From contig CAWICC010000004.1 of the NCBI GenBank assembly GCA_963834535.1, positions 1,179,966-1,243,965 on the forward strand: a stretch of DNA of 64,000 nucleotides, read 5' to 3'. Source of the stretch: an uncultured delta proteobacterium (lineage in GTDB: Bacteria; Desulfobacterota; Binatia; Binatales; Binataceae). The notes under the pieces were generated by a model. That model saw only the letters and a list, made by a program, of their open reading frames with translations, searched no databases and had not been told where the DNA came from. Positions 30,925 through 40,871 of this stretch are shown here, in pieces. Positions within the stretch are counted from its first letter, which is position 1. The number at the start of each line of letters is the position of its first letter. A program made the translations under genes and the position numbers.

Positions 30925-32010
30925 ATGAAAGCCGCAGTATTTCATGGGCCGAATCAGCCCCTTTCAATTGAGGATGTCGAGATAGACCAGCCGCGCGAGC
31001 GCGAGGTCCTGGTGCGTACTGTCGCCAGTGGCGTCTGCCACAGCGATCTGCATTTCGTCGACGGCCTGTATCCGTTTCCAGCACCCGCGATACTCGGGCA
31101 TGAGGCCGCTGGAATCGTGGATCACGTTGGCAGCGAGGTGACTTACGTCAAGCCCGGCGACCACGTAATTTGCTGCCTCTCGGTCTTTTGCGGCTATTGT
31201 TCGGATTGCATGTCGGGCCATCCGAATCGATGCACCAACAAGGCGGCGGTGCAGCGTCCCAAGGGCGATACGCCGCGCCTCTCGCAAAAGGGCAAGATGA
31301 TCCGCCAGTTCGCCGACCTCTCGACCTATGCGCAGAATATGCTGGTGCATGAGAACGCGCTGGTGAAAATTACCAAGGAAATCCCTCTCGACCGGGCGGC
31401 GTTGATTGGCTGCGGAGTGACGACGGGCGTTGGCGCGGTGCTCAATACGGCCCGCATCGAGCCCGGCTCGACGGTCGCGGTTTTCGGCTGCGGCGGAGTC
31501 GGCCTGTCGGCGATCCAGGGGGCGCGAATCGCGGGCGCGCGGCAGATCATCGCGATCGACCAGTTCGAGAACAAACTCGCTATGGGCAAGAACCTTGGCG
31601 CGACTCATACCGTCGACGCCTCGCACTCCGATGCGGTTGAAGCGATACGCGAGTTGACCGGCGGCGGCGTCGATTATGCCTTCGAGGCGGTCGGTGTGAA
31701 GAAGCTCGCCGAGCAATGCTTCGAGTGTCTCAAGCCCGGCGGCACGGCGACGATTATCGGCATGATCCCGGTCGGGCAGAAAGTCGAAATCGACGGCGCC
31801 AAGCTGCTCACCGAGCGCAAGATGCAGGGCAGCAACATGGGATCGAATCGCTTCCGCGTGGACATGCCGCGCTACATCGATTTCTATTTGCAAGGGCGCC
31901 TCAACCTCGACGACATGATCAGCAAGCGCGGCAAGCTGGAGGACGTCAACGACGCGTTTGCATCGATGAAAAACGGAGAGGTCGCGCGCACGGTACTGAT
32001 GTTCGAATAA
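30925..32010 (+). CDS. zinc-dependent alcohol dehydrogenase (MDR family), paralog 1
   Basis: 361 aa. GVCHSDLH, GHEAAGIV, structural-Zn Cys cluster CGYCSDCMSGHPNRC, and Rossmann motif VFGCGGVG. Confidence 0.9.
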   Translation: MKAAVFHGPNQPLSIEDVEIDQPREREVLVRTVASGVCHSDLHFVDGLYPFPAPAILGHEAAGIVDHVGSEVTYVKPGDHVICCLSVFCGYCSDCMSGHPNRCTNKAAVQRPKGDTPRLSQKGKMIRQFADLSTYAQNMLVHENALVKITKEIPLDRAALIGCGVTTGVGAVLNTARIEPGSTVAVFGCGGVGLSAIQGARIAGARQIIAIDQFENKLAMGKNLGATHTVDASHSDAVEAIRELTGGGVDYAFEAVGVKKLAEQCFECLKPGGTATIIGMIPVGQKVEIDGAKLLTERKMQGSNMGSNRFRVDMPRYIDFYLQGRLNLDDMISKRGKLEDVNDAFASMKNGEVARTVLMFE

Positions 32011-32090
32011 CAATCAGGCGTTGAGAGGAACTGGCAGCATTACGCAGTTGTGAAATTGCCAACAGCTACAATTTAAGGAACTGATACATT

Positions 32091-33176
32091 ATGAAAGCAG
32101 CGATTTTTCACGGACCCAAACAGCCACTGACGATCGAGCAGGTGGATATCGACGATCCGCGCGACCACGAGGTCCTGGTGCGCACGGCGGCCACTGGCGT
32201 CTGTCATAGCGACCTCCATTTCGTGGACGGTCTTTATCCCTATCCGGCGCCCGCAATTCTCGGTCACGAGGCGGCCGGCGTTGTCGAGAAGGTGGGCAAG
32301 GCCGTCACCTATTTGCAGGCCGGGGACCATGTAATCTCCTGTCCGTCGGTCTTTTGCGGGTTTTGCGAAGAGTGCATGACGGGCAATCTTCACCGATGTT
32401 CGAATCGCCGCGCCACACAGCGGCCGAAAGGGGATACGCCACGACTGTCGCAGAACGGCAAGATGATTCGGCAGTTCTCCGATCTCTCGACCTACGCCGA
32501 GAAAATGCTCCTGCATGAGAATGCCCTGGTGAAAATCACCAAGGAGATTCCGCTCGACCGCGCCGCACTAATAGGCTGCGGCGTTACCACCGGCGTTGGC
32601 GCTGTATTGAACACGGCCAAGATCGAACCGGGCTCAACGGTCGCGGTCTTCGGCTGCGGCGGTGTCGGCATCTCCGCAATTCAGGGAGCGAAGCTCGCCG
32701 GCGCGCGGCAGATAATCGCGGTCGATCAATTCGAGAACAAGCTCGCGATGGCGAAGCGCTTCGGCGCGACGCATACGATTGACGCCTCGCATGGCGATGC
32801 GGTCGAAGCGATTAACACGATGACCGGTGGCGGCGTGGATTACTCTTTCGAAGCCGTGGGCGTCGCGAAGCTCGCCGAACAGTGCTTCGACTGTATCAAG
32901 CCCGGCGGCATGGCGACGATCATCGGGATGATTCCGGTCGGGCATAAGGTAGCGCTCGACGGTCCCAAATTCCTCACCGAGCGAAAAATCGGCGGCACCA
33001 TGATGGGCGGCAATCGCTTTCGCATCGACATGCCGCGATATATCGATTTCTACCTGCAGGGACGCCTCAATCTCGACGACATGATCAGCAAGCGTGGGAA
33101 AATCGAGGACGTCAATGAGGCTTTTGCGTCGATGAAAAAGGGCGAGGTCGCGCGCACCGTGCTCATGTTCGACTAG
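32091..33176 (+). CDS. zinc-dependent alcohol dehydrogenase (MDR family), paralog 2 (tandem duplicate)
   Basis: 361 aa, colinear with paralog 1. By eye roughly four-fifths of residues are identical, for example the shared stretch HENALVKITKEIPLDRAALIGCGVTTGVGAVLNTA. Confidence 0.9.
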   Translation: MKAAIFHGPKQPLTIEQVDIDDPRDHEVLVRTAATGVCHSDLHFVDGLYPYPAPAILGHEAAGVVEKVGKAVTYLQAGDHVISCPSVFCGFCEECMTGNLHRCSNRRATQRPKGDTPRLSQNGKMIRQFSDLSTYAEKMLLHENALVKITKEIPLDRAALIGCGVTTGVGAVLNTAKIEPGSTVAVFGCGGVGISAIQGAKLAGARQIIAVDQFENKLAMAKRFGATHTIDASHGDAVEAINTMTGGGVDYSFEAVGVAKLAEQCFDCIKPGGMATIIGMIPVGHKVALDGPKFLTERKIGGTMMGGNRFRIDMPRYIDFYLQGRLNLDDMISKRGKIEDVNEAFASMKKGEVARTVLMFD

Positions 33177-33285
33177 TCTTTGCGAGGGGCGCGACACGGG
33201 AGCCGTGATCGCGAGAAAAAAGGAAGCGCCGATCCCTATTGGGAATCGGCGCTTCTTTTTAATGGAGAAAGCGTGAATCGCGCGA

Positions 33286-34518
33286 TCAGTTAATCGCGCT
33301 GTCGCGACGCCGCATCAATGCATCAACGTCGAACTTGAAGATCCTGGCGGCGTTGAGGCCCAGGATCTTCGCACGCTGTTCATCGCTCAGATGGCCCATC
33401 TGACGCTCGATCGATTCGGCCGAATGCGGCCACACACCCTCATGATGCGGATAGTCATTCGCCCACATGAAGTTATCGACCAGGTTGTACTTCACTGCCA
33501 GGTCGAGCCCGACGCGATCTTCCTGAAAGGTGGTCGCACCGTTGCTGCGGAAATACTCGCTCGGCATTTTGGGCAACTTCGGAAAGGCCCACATGTGATG
33601 CTTGCGATAAGCCTCGTCCATCGCATCGAGCGCCCACGGCACCCAGCCGATGCCGCATTCGATCGCCGCGAAGTGAATCTTCGGGAAGCGCTCGATCACG
33701 CCGGAAGCGCACAGGTTCGCAATCGGCTCGATCGTGGGCGACAGCGAATGCGATACGTAGTTGATGACGGCGCCGCCGTCCTTGCGCGCCGCGCGCGGAT
33801 CGCGTCCGGTCGAAATGTGAAAGGTAATCGGAAGGTCGTGATCCTGAATCGCTGCCCACATCGGATCGTAGATATGAAGATTGTAGTTCGGATGGCGCGA
33901 ATCGTAGTTGCCGAAGATCGGTTTGCAAGGCAGCGTGAGTCCGCGATAACCCAGCTTCGCGACGCGTTCGATCTCGGCGATCGCGAGGTTAACATCCGAG
34001 GTCATAATGGCAGCCATCGGTGACATGAAGCTGTTGTATTGCCCGAACTGCTCCCACGCCCAGTCGTTGTAAACCTTGCATTGCGCGGCGCCGAACTCGG
34101 CGTCCTGGGTCGCCCACATCAGCAAACCCTTGTTAGGGAAGATAATCTCGGCGTCTATGCCGTCCCGGACATGGTCCTTGATGCGTTCCTTGGGATCGTA
34201 GCCGGATTTGTTGCGCTCCAGATCTTCGCCTTCGAACTTGAACGAAAAATCCGGCGCACGCGACTTCTGCCAGCCCTCGGAGATCATCCACTTGACGCCG
34301 TTCTCATCGGTTTCGATATGCGGCAGGCGCTTGTGATATTTCTCGTCCATCCGCTCCGCCCACAGGCCGGACGGCTCGTTGCAATGGCAGTCGGTGGAGA
34401 TCATCAGGTAGCGGTTTGGATCGCCGGGTCTTGCGGTGCGTTTCCAACCGTCGTGCCCCGGCGTCTCGAGCCGCCAGGTATTATTGGGATCAACAGTCTG
34501 ATTGGTTTCCTCGATCAT
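33286..34518 (-). CDS. amidohydrolase-2 family protein (ACMSD/LigW-type metal-dependent hydrolase/decarboxylase), paralog 1
   Basis: Start at MIEETNQTVD, with GGAGG 6 nt upstream (rc of cat at 34516-34518). ISTDCHCNEP metal motif, FHISTGRD, NDYPHHEG. Confidence 0.85.
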   Translation of the reverse strand: MIEETNQTVDPNNTWRLETPGHDGWKRTARPGDPNRYLMISTDCHCNEPSGLWAERMDEKYHKRLPHIETDENGVKWMISEGWQKSRAPDFSFKFEGEDLERNKSGYDPKERIKDHVRDGIDAEIIFPNKGLLMWATQDAEFGAAQCKVYNDWAWEQFGQYNSFMSPMAAIMTSDVNLAIAEIERVAKLGYRGLTLPCKPIFGNYDSRHPNYNLHIYDPMWAAIQDHDLPITFHISTGRDPRAARKDGGAVINYVSHSLSPTIEPIANLCASGVIERFPKIHFAAIECGIGWVPWALDAMDEAYRKHHMWAFPKLPKMPSEYFRSNGATTFQEDRVGLDLAVKYNLVDNFMWANDYPHHEGVWPHSAESIERQMGHLSDEQRAKILGLNAARIFKFDVDALMRRRDSAIN

Positions 34519-34704
34519 CGCTTCCTCCATAAGCCTTGCTGATTCGTAGGATCCGTTGCGGTTATGCCGGCCAGACTATTGCGCGTCTGCATTTTTGTCC
34601 AGCAACGTGGATTTCAGCTCTCGGTTCTTTCTGATGTCGGCACGTGCGAATCCCGCTTCTCGGGCGCTTCACGGGTGAGTCAGTCGCCCATTATGCGAAA
34701 CCGA

Positions 34705-35910
34705 TCACAAGAGCGGGGAAGGCCGTGCGTCGTCGGATTTGAGCAACATCGATCCGACCATTTCGAGAGTCCGGCGCTGCCCGATTATGTGTTGGCACCA
34801 CGTCTCGGCATCGCGCAACGCTCGATCGAAGGCGCTCTTCTTCGCATAGATCGCGCTGCCGCCGACGTTGTCAAACAGCAATCTGATGATCTGCCGCGAC
34901 GACTGGCAAACGTTGACGTTCGACAGCCATAGATCCGCGCGTTCCTGTTCCGTCGGCTGCTCGTTTTTCACCAGCCGTTTCCAATGCCGCTCGATTGAAG
35001 TGAAGGTGTACGAACGCGCAGCACCCAGCAGCATCTCCGCTTCGGCAATCGCGCTCTGAATGCGCGAAAGATTCTTATAAGGCCGTCCACCTGGAAATTC
35101 TATTTTGCCTTGAATTGTCTCGGCAAAAAGATCGATCGTCGATCGTGCCACACCGAGCGGCACGCCTGACCCTTTCGGCAGGATCGCATTGTTGCGACGC
35201 CAGATCGGGCCTTCGCGCTTGGCCGGTTCCATGAAGCTGAAGCTGTGCCGTTCGGGAATGAACAAATCCGAAACGCGATAGTCATTGCTGCCGGTACCGC
35301 GCAAGCCGGTGGTGTGCCAGGTGTCCTGAATTTCGAAAGAGGAGGCGGGCGCGAGCATGATTTGCCATCGCGGCGCCCCTACGGAATTGCGCGCCGGCGC
35401 GCCATTTTCGTAAACGATGCAACCGGCCGAGACCACGTCTGCGTGTGTGATTCCGGAGCCAAACATCCACTGTCCGGAGACGCGAAAGCCGCCGTCCACG
35501 CGCTCCGCCCGACCTGCCGGCCAGACCCATCCCGCCGTCGCCAGATCGAGCTGCGGATAGAGTTCGCGGCCCGCCTCATCGTCGAGAAAACCCGAGTAGA
35601 TGCCGGAGTCGCAGCCTATCATCACGCACCAGCCGACCGCCGAATTAGCCTTCGAAAGCTCTTCGATAATCTCGACCTGCTCGATCGTGCTGAGCTCCGG
35701 ACCGCCCCATATCTTTGGCATCGTGAGCCGGAACAGGCCAGCTTCACGCACGCGGGCAACCACTTCCGCAGGCAACCGCCGAGCATCATCGATCACGGCC
35801 GATTGTTCTCGGAAATAGGCGCTCAGGGCGCGAGCATTCGCGTAAATGTCGGAGGCACTCAGCTGGCGTCCCGGCAACGGGCCCGACTTGTTCAGCGCGG
35901 ATGCGGTCAT
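34705..35910 (-). CDS. acyl-CoA dehydrogenase-fold protein (type-2 ACAD / flavin-dependent monooxygenase-like)
   Basis: 401 aa. LPAEVVARVREAGLFRLTMPKIWGGPELS..GWCVMIG..WMFGSGITHAD resembles the DszC/HpaB-C2-type oxygenase group. Confidence 0.75.
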   Translation of the reverse strand: MTASALNKSGPLPGRQLSASDIYANARALSAYFREQSAVIDDARRLPAEVVARVREAGLFRLTMPKIWGGPELSTIEQVEIIEELSKANSAVGWCVMIGCDSGIYSGFLDDEAGRELYPQLDLATAGWVWPAGRAERVDGGFRVSGQWMFGSGITHADVVSAGCIVYENGAPARNSVGAPRWQIMLAPASSFEIQDTWHTTGLRGTGSNDYRVSDLFIPERHSFSFMEPAKREGPIWRRNNAILPKGSGVPLGVARSTIDLFAETIQGKIEFPGGRPYKNLSRIQSAIAEAEMLLGAARSYTFTSIERHWKRLVKNEQPTEQERADLWLSNVNVCQSSRQIIRLLFDNVGGSAIYAKKSAFDRALRDAETWCQHIIGQRRTLEMVGSMLLKSDDARPSPLL

Positions 35911-35927
35911 GGCTAACTCCTTGAGGG

Positions 35928-36093
35928 GAAAGAAGCTGTTGAGGAACCAGGCACTATGCTCTGTCTGAAACCGACATGAACATGTATTTCAACGCACCTG
36001 GCAGACTCGTTAGATCGGCGCGCAAGCTCACCCGGTGGAGGTTTCAGACTTCCCATTGCGGCAAAGTCGTCGATTTTTGCTCGCGATGCTCGG
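35928..36093. repeat. left arm of inverted homologous blocks flanking amidohydrolase paralog 2
   Basis: Three sub-blocks match the reverse complement of the right arm. 35928-35945 matches 37616-37633 (17/18). 36038-36058 matches 37563-37583 (21/21). 36079-36093 matches 37540-37554 (14/15). It also contains GTCTGAAACC (35963-35972) and GGTTTCAGAC (36040-36049) as an internal inverted repeat. Confidence 0.8.
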
Positions 36094-36186
36094 ACGGTGA
36101 AGTGAGGCTCATTAGGCATTGCCGGCCTTATCTACAGGCCGGAGCATCGCGAGTGTCAATCACCGAAACGCGCTTTCGACACTCCT

Positions 36187-37438
36187 TTAGTGGGGTGCCG
36201 CGTGCACCGATGCGCGGCGTTTCAGCAGCAGATCAACGTCGAACTTGAAAATCCGCGCCGCGTTGAGTCCCAGGATCTTCAGCGCGCTGAGTATCATTAA
36301 GATGACCCATCTCGCGCTCGATCGCCTCAGCCGAGTGTGGCCAAGTGCCTTCCGCGTGCGGATAATCATTGGCCCACATGAAGTTATCGACCAGATCGAA
36401 ACGCTCGGCGAGCAGCAATCCCGCAGGATCCTCCTGAAACGACGCCGCGCCGTTGCTGCGGAAGTACTCGCTTGGCAGCCGCTTCAGCTTGGGGAAAGCC
36501 CATAGGTGATGCTTGTGGTAGGCCTCGTCCATCGCCGTCAGCGCCCACGGCACCCAGCCGATACCCGATTCGATCGCGGCGAAGCGCAGCTTGGGAAAGC
36601 GTTCGATTACGCCCGATGCGCAGAGGCTCGCGACCGGCTCGATCGTCGGGGCGAGCGAGTGCGCAGCATAGTTTATGACGGCACCTCCGTCGTGCCGCGC
36701 CGCGCGCGGATCGCGCCCGGTCGAGACATGAAAGGTGGCGGGAAGACCGCAGTCCTGGATTAACGCCCACATCGGATCGAATAACGGCAGGTTGTAATTT
36801 GGATGGCGCGCGTCGTGGGCTCCCCAGACGGGCTTGCAGGGCAGGGTCAAGCCGCGAAAACCCATTTTAGCCACACGCTTGATTTCAGCCATCGCCAGTT
36901 CGAGGTCGGCGGTCATGATTGCCGCCATCGGCGACATGAAATCGTTATGCGGACCGTACGTCTCCCACGCCCAGTCATTCCACACCCGGCATTGCTCCGC
37001 GCCGAATGCTGCGTCCTGCGTCGCGAACATCGCGAGGCCCTTGTTGGGGAACACGATCTCGGCGTCGATACCGTCGCGTACATGATCGCGAATGCGATCG
37101 AGCGGGTCCCGCCCCGCGTTGCCGCGCAGGCGATCCTCTCCGCCCTTGGGTGCGTCATCCTTTGAGACCTTATGCACGCGCGATCGCTGGTAGCCCTCGA
37201 CCACCATCCACCTTTCGCCCTTTTCATCGACCTCGATATGCGGCAGGCGGTGGCGGAATTTCGCGTCGATCCGCTCCCACCACAGCTTACTCGGCTCGTT
37301 GACGTGGCAATCGGCGGAGATCATCAAATAGCGGTTGGGATCGCCGGGACGCGCGGTGCGCTGCCAGCCGTCGTGGCCGGGGCTTTCGAGGCGCCAGCGA
37401 TTCTTCTCATCGACGTGCCGATCGGTCTCCTCGATCAT
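36187..37438 (-). pseudogene. amidohydrolase-2 family protein, paralog 2, frame broken once near 36278-36284 (last ~30 codons shifted)
   Basis: ORF 36233..37438 is colinear with paralog 1 up to ..MGHLNDTQRA. The conserved tail KILGLNAARIFKFDVD continues in the frame of ORF 36187..36369. There is one extra base within cagcgcgctgaagatc. Confidence 0.8.
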
Positions 37439-37539
37439 CGCTTTTCTCCCGTGCAGTCAGTCGGATCGCAGAATCCTGTTGCCATGAATTCCGGCTCGTT
37501 CAAAAAGCCACCCAGCGTCGTCTTTTGACTGGCAGAAAG

Positions 37540-37633
37540 CCGGGCATCGCGAGCGTCAAACCCAATGGGAAGTCTGAAACCTCATGAGGTTTCAGTAAAA
37601 AATACTGTTTTGCGCTCCTCAACAACTTCTTTC
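37540..37633. repeat. right arm of the inverted blocks; contains the 22-bp perfect palindrome CTGAAACCTCA|TGAGGTTTCAG (37574-37595)
   Basis: Read directly; see the left arm entry. The palindrome lies ~140 nt upstream of the paralog-2 start codon. Confidence 0.8.
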
Positions 37634-37666
37634 AACGTGGTGTTGCGACGCACCAATACCCGCGCA

Positions 37667-38539
37667 TCAGATGAGACGCAGATCCTTCATGACGCTTCGC
37701 AGCTTTTCGGCGGCCGGCGGCGTCATCGAGACTAACGGCATGCGCATCTCGTTGGTGCACTTGCCCATGAATGCGCAGGCCTGCTTGATCGGGATTGGAT
37801 TGGTCTCGACGAACAGCGCGCGCGTCAACGGCAATAGTTTGTAGTGCAGTGCGCGGGCGTGTTCGAAGTCGCCTGCGAGACCCGCCGCCGCCATCTCATG
37901 CACTTCGCGCGGCATCACATTCGTCACGACCGATATCACGCCCTTGGCGCCGAGCGCCATCAGCGGGACCGCCAGGGGATCGTCGCCCGAGAGCAGCGTC
38001 AGCCGATCGCCGCACAATTTCATGATGTCGGAGCATTGATCCATCGAGCCCGAGGATTCCTTGATGCCGACGATATTCCTGACCTCGCTCAGTCGCGCGA
38101 AGGTCTCCGGGGCGATATTCGAACCGGTACGGCCCGGTATGTTGTAAACGATAAGAGGTAGATCAACCGCATCGGCGACCGCCTTGTAGTGCCGGTAAAT
38201 ACCGTCCTGGGTTGGCTTGTTGTAGTAAGGCGAAATGAGCAGGGCACCATCGGCGCGCACTTCCCGCGCGAAGGCCGTGAGGCGAATCGCTTCGGCGGTG
38301 GAATTCGAGCCGGTGCCCGCGATTACCGGCACGCGGCGCCGCGTCTGTTCGACCACCAGCTTTATCACTTGTTCGTGCTCGTCATGCGTTAGGGTCGCCG
38401 ACTCGCCGGTCGATCCGCACGGTACGATACCGTCAACGCCCGACTCGATTTGCCACTCAACCAGGTCGCGCAGCGCGGTCACGTCCACCGCGCCGTCGCG
38501 GAACGGAGTGATAATCGCCGAGATTGCGCCGTTAAACAT
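37667..38539 (-). CDS. dapA: 4-hydroxy-tetrahydrodipicolinate synthase
   Basis: 290 aa. GAISAIITPF.., GIVPCGSTGESATL, YNIPGRTG, and an active-site Lys region (VGIKESSG). Confidence 0.93.
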   Translation of the reverse strand: MFNGAISAIITPFRDGAVDVTALRDLVEWQIESGVDGIVPCGSTGESATLTHDEHEQVIKLVVEQTRRRVPVIAGTGSNSTAEAIRLTAFAREVRADGALLISPYYNKPTQDGIYRHYKAVADAVDLPLIVYNIPGRTGSNIAPETFARLSEVRNIVGIKESSGSMDQCSDIMKLCGDRLTLLSGDDPLAVPLMALGAKGVISVVTNVMPREVHEMAAAGLAGDFEHARALHYKLLPLTRALFVETNPIPIKQACAFMGKCTNEMRMPLVSMTPPAAEKLRSVMKDLRLI

Positions 38540-38552
38540 GTTTCGCCCTCGC

Positions 38553-39443
38553 TTATTCGGCGGAGATTAGTTCGTCGCGACCGACTTCTATCTCGCCTTT
38601 GAAGACTTCCACCGCCTCGCCCGTCATGAAGACGTGGCCGGCCTGAGGTCCGTGATCGCGCCATTCGATTTCAAGATTGCCGCCGCGTAATTCCACCGTA
38701 ACGCTGCGATCCGAGCGATCCGTCAGCACACCCGCGACCGCTGCAGCGCAAGCGCCCGTGCCGCAGGCCAGAGTTTCGCCGGAGCCGCGTTCCCATACCC
38801 GCATTTTCAAGCGCTCGCGCGAGAACGGCAGAATGAATTCCGTATTAACTCGGCGCGGGAAAAGTGGATGATGTTCAAACTTTACGCCGAGTTGCGCGAA
38901 CTCCGCGTCGTCGAGAGCGAAAATGCTCTCATCTTCAACGAACGCCACGCAATGCGGATTGCCCATCGAGACCGCCGTGACGCGATACCGGCGGCCGCCG
39001 ACTTCGATGGGGAAGTCGATCACCCGGCCATCGCGATCGACCGGGATTTCGCGACCTTCGAGAATCGGCAGGCCCATGTCCACGATCGCAGCCACCGCAC
39101 GGCCGGTCTCGAATTTCAGTTCGATGGTCTTGGCGCCGCAGTCGGTATCCACGACGATCGGATTCTTGCCCGCGCCTGACAACTCATAATGGAGCCGCGC
39201 GACACAGCGGATGCCGTTGCCGCACATTTCCCCGCGGCTGCCGTCGGCGTTGTACATTTCCATGCGCACATCAGCGGTCTGCGAGGGGCACAACATAATC
39301 AGCCCATCGCCACCGATGCCGAAGCGGCGATCGGAGAGCCGCCGGGCAAGCGCACCGGGATTAGTAGGGCGCAATCGATCCGCGACGATATACACGTAAT
39401 CGTTGCCGCAGCCGTGCATCTTGGTAAAGGCGAGTTTAGGCAT
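38553..39443 (-). CDS. dapF: diaminopimelate epimerase
   Basis: 296 aa. FTKMHGCGNDY and the two catalytic Cys contexts (MCGNGIRC, ETLACGTGACA). Confidence 0.93.
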   Translation of the reverse strand: MPKLAFTKMHGCGNDYVYIVADRLRPTNPGALARRLSDRRFGIGGDGLIMLCPSQTADVRMEMYNADGSRGEMCGNGIRCVARLHYELSGAGKNPIVVDTDCGAKTIELKFETGRAVAAIVDMGLPILEGREIPVDRDGRVIDFPIEVGGRRYRVTAVSMGNPHCVAFVEDESIFALDDAEFAQLGVKFEHHPLFPRRVNTEFILPFSRERLKMRVWERGSGETLACGTGACAAAVAGVLTDRSDRSVTVELRGGNLEIEWRDHGPQAGHVFMTGEAVEVFKGEIEVGRDELISAE

Positions 39444-40704
39444 CGGGGCCGTTCTTAAGCGCTACTATTTTCTCGTTGCGGATGATGTCGTCGAAGCTGT
39501 CGCGCTCGCGTATCAGGTGCGTCTCGGCGCCATTGACCAGGACTTCCGCCGCGCGCGGACGGCTGTTGTAGTTCGACGCCATCACGAAGCCATAGGCTCC
39601 GGCGCTCATTACCGCGATCAGGTCCCCCGAATCGACCAGCGGCAACTCGCGCTCGCGCGCGAAGAAATCACCGCTTTCGCATACCGGGCCGACCACGTCG
39701 GCGGTCTGACGCTCGGTGCCGGCTTGCCGTATTACCGGGACGATTTCGTGATAGGCCTCATAGAGTACTGGCCGCAGCAGGTCGTTCATCGCGCCGTCAA
39801 CCACGATGAAGCGCTTGACGTCGGTCTCCTTCACATAAAGTACTTTGGTCACCAGGATACCCGCGTTGCCTACCAGCACCCGGCCTGGCTCGATGATGAT
39901 CTTCAGCCCGATATCGCGCAGCGGTCCGAGTAGCGCCGCGGAATACTGGGCGGGCGAAGGCGGCTCTTCCTGGTACGGAATGCCGAGGCCGCCGCCAAGG
40001 TCCAGGTACTTGAGCGCGATACCTTGCGTGCGCAATCCGTTGACGATCTTCGCCACTTTCTCGCCCGCCTCTGCGAACGGAGCGGTCTCGGTGATCTGCG
40101 ACCCGATATGGGTGCTCAAGCCCGCCAGTTGGAGATTCTTCAGTCCGCGCGCTTCCGCATAATACTCATCCACCTGCGATAGCGGGATGCCGAATTTGCT
40201 GTCGCGATGGCCGGTCGAGATGTGTGGATGCGTTCCCGGATCAAGGTCGGGATTAACTCGCAGGCTCACCGGTGCCTGCAATCCAATCCGCTGCGCGACA
40301 ATGGACACCCGATGAAGTTCCGGACGCGACTCGACGTTGATCATCAGGATCCTGGCCTTGAGTGCCGCCTCGATTTCTTCGTCGGTCTTGCCCACGCCCG
40401 AGAAAACGATCTTGCCGGGGTCCGCGCCGGCCCTCAGACAGCGCATCAATTCGCCTACTGAAACGATGTCGAAACCGGCGCCCAAATCGTTGAAAAGCTT
40501 TAGAATGCTCAGGTTCGAGAGCGCCTTCATCGCAAAGCAGATCAGGCTGTCGGTGCCCTTAAAGGCCTCGCTCAGCACCCGATAATGACGACGCAGGGTC
40601 CTCGCGCTGTAAATATAGAGCGGCGTGCCGAAACGCGCCGCGAGTTCGCTTACCGCAACGTCTTCGGCAAACAGCTTGCTTTCCTTGTAGGTAAAATAGT
40701 TCAT
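39436..40704 (-). CDS. lysA: diaminopimelate decarboxylase
   Basis: Start at MNYFTYKESKLFAEDV (rc of cat at 40702-40704). PLP Lys context FAMKALSN, then DLGGGLGIPY and CESGD. Confidence 0.92.
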   Translation of the reverse strand: MNYFTYKESKLFAEDVAVSELAARFGTPLYIYSARTLRRHYRVLSEAFKGTDSLICFAMKALSNLSILKLFNDLGAGFDIVSVGELMRCLRAGADPGKIVFSGVGKTDEEIEAALKARILMINVESRPELHRVSIVAQRIGLQAPVSLRVNPDLDPGTHPHISTGHRDSKFGIPLSQVDEYYAEARGLKNLQLAGLSTHIGSQITETAPFAEAGEKVAKIVNGLRTQGIALKYLDLGGGLGIPYQEEPPSPAQYSAALLGPLRDIGLKIIIEPGRVLVGNAGILVTKVLYVKETDVKRFIVVDGAMNDLLRPVLYEAYHEIVPVIRQAGTERQTADVVGPVCESGDFFARERELPLVDSGDLIAVMSAGAYGFVMASNYNSRPRAAEVLVNGAETHLIRERDSFDDIIRNEKIVALKNGPDA

Positions 40705-40871
40705 CCGTGTCCTGATGGAATGAAGCCCAACGCGCCCGTTTGCGGGCGCGCAATGCCTCTCTTGGTAAACGTTGTTTCTATCACAGCCGGCGCGCATGAA
40801 AAAACCGACCGCCCTGCCGGCTTGAGGCGCGGTCGCATACCCTGCGCGACGTTAGGCGCGGCCCTTACCAG

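Noticed and set aside
35998-36014. CTGGCAG-containing motifs (also at 32029, 37529 and 47858) considered as sigma-54 -24/-12 promoters.
   Set aside because: The -12 GC is missing or displaced by one nucleotide in every copy (TTAG, TCAGC, GGGCA, GCAG at 9-nt spacing). Three of the four copies face no downstream plus-strand gene.
36122-36142. Hairpin CCGGCC-TTATCTACA-GGCCGG, whose loop equals the DnaA-box-like 9-mer seen at 2944-2952.
   Set aside because: It is a one-mismatch 9-mer far from the origin and inside a larger imperfect hairpin (36078-36158). It is most likely coincidental, with no supporting box cluster.
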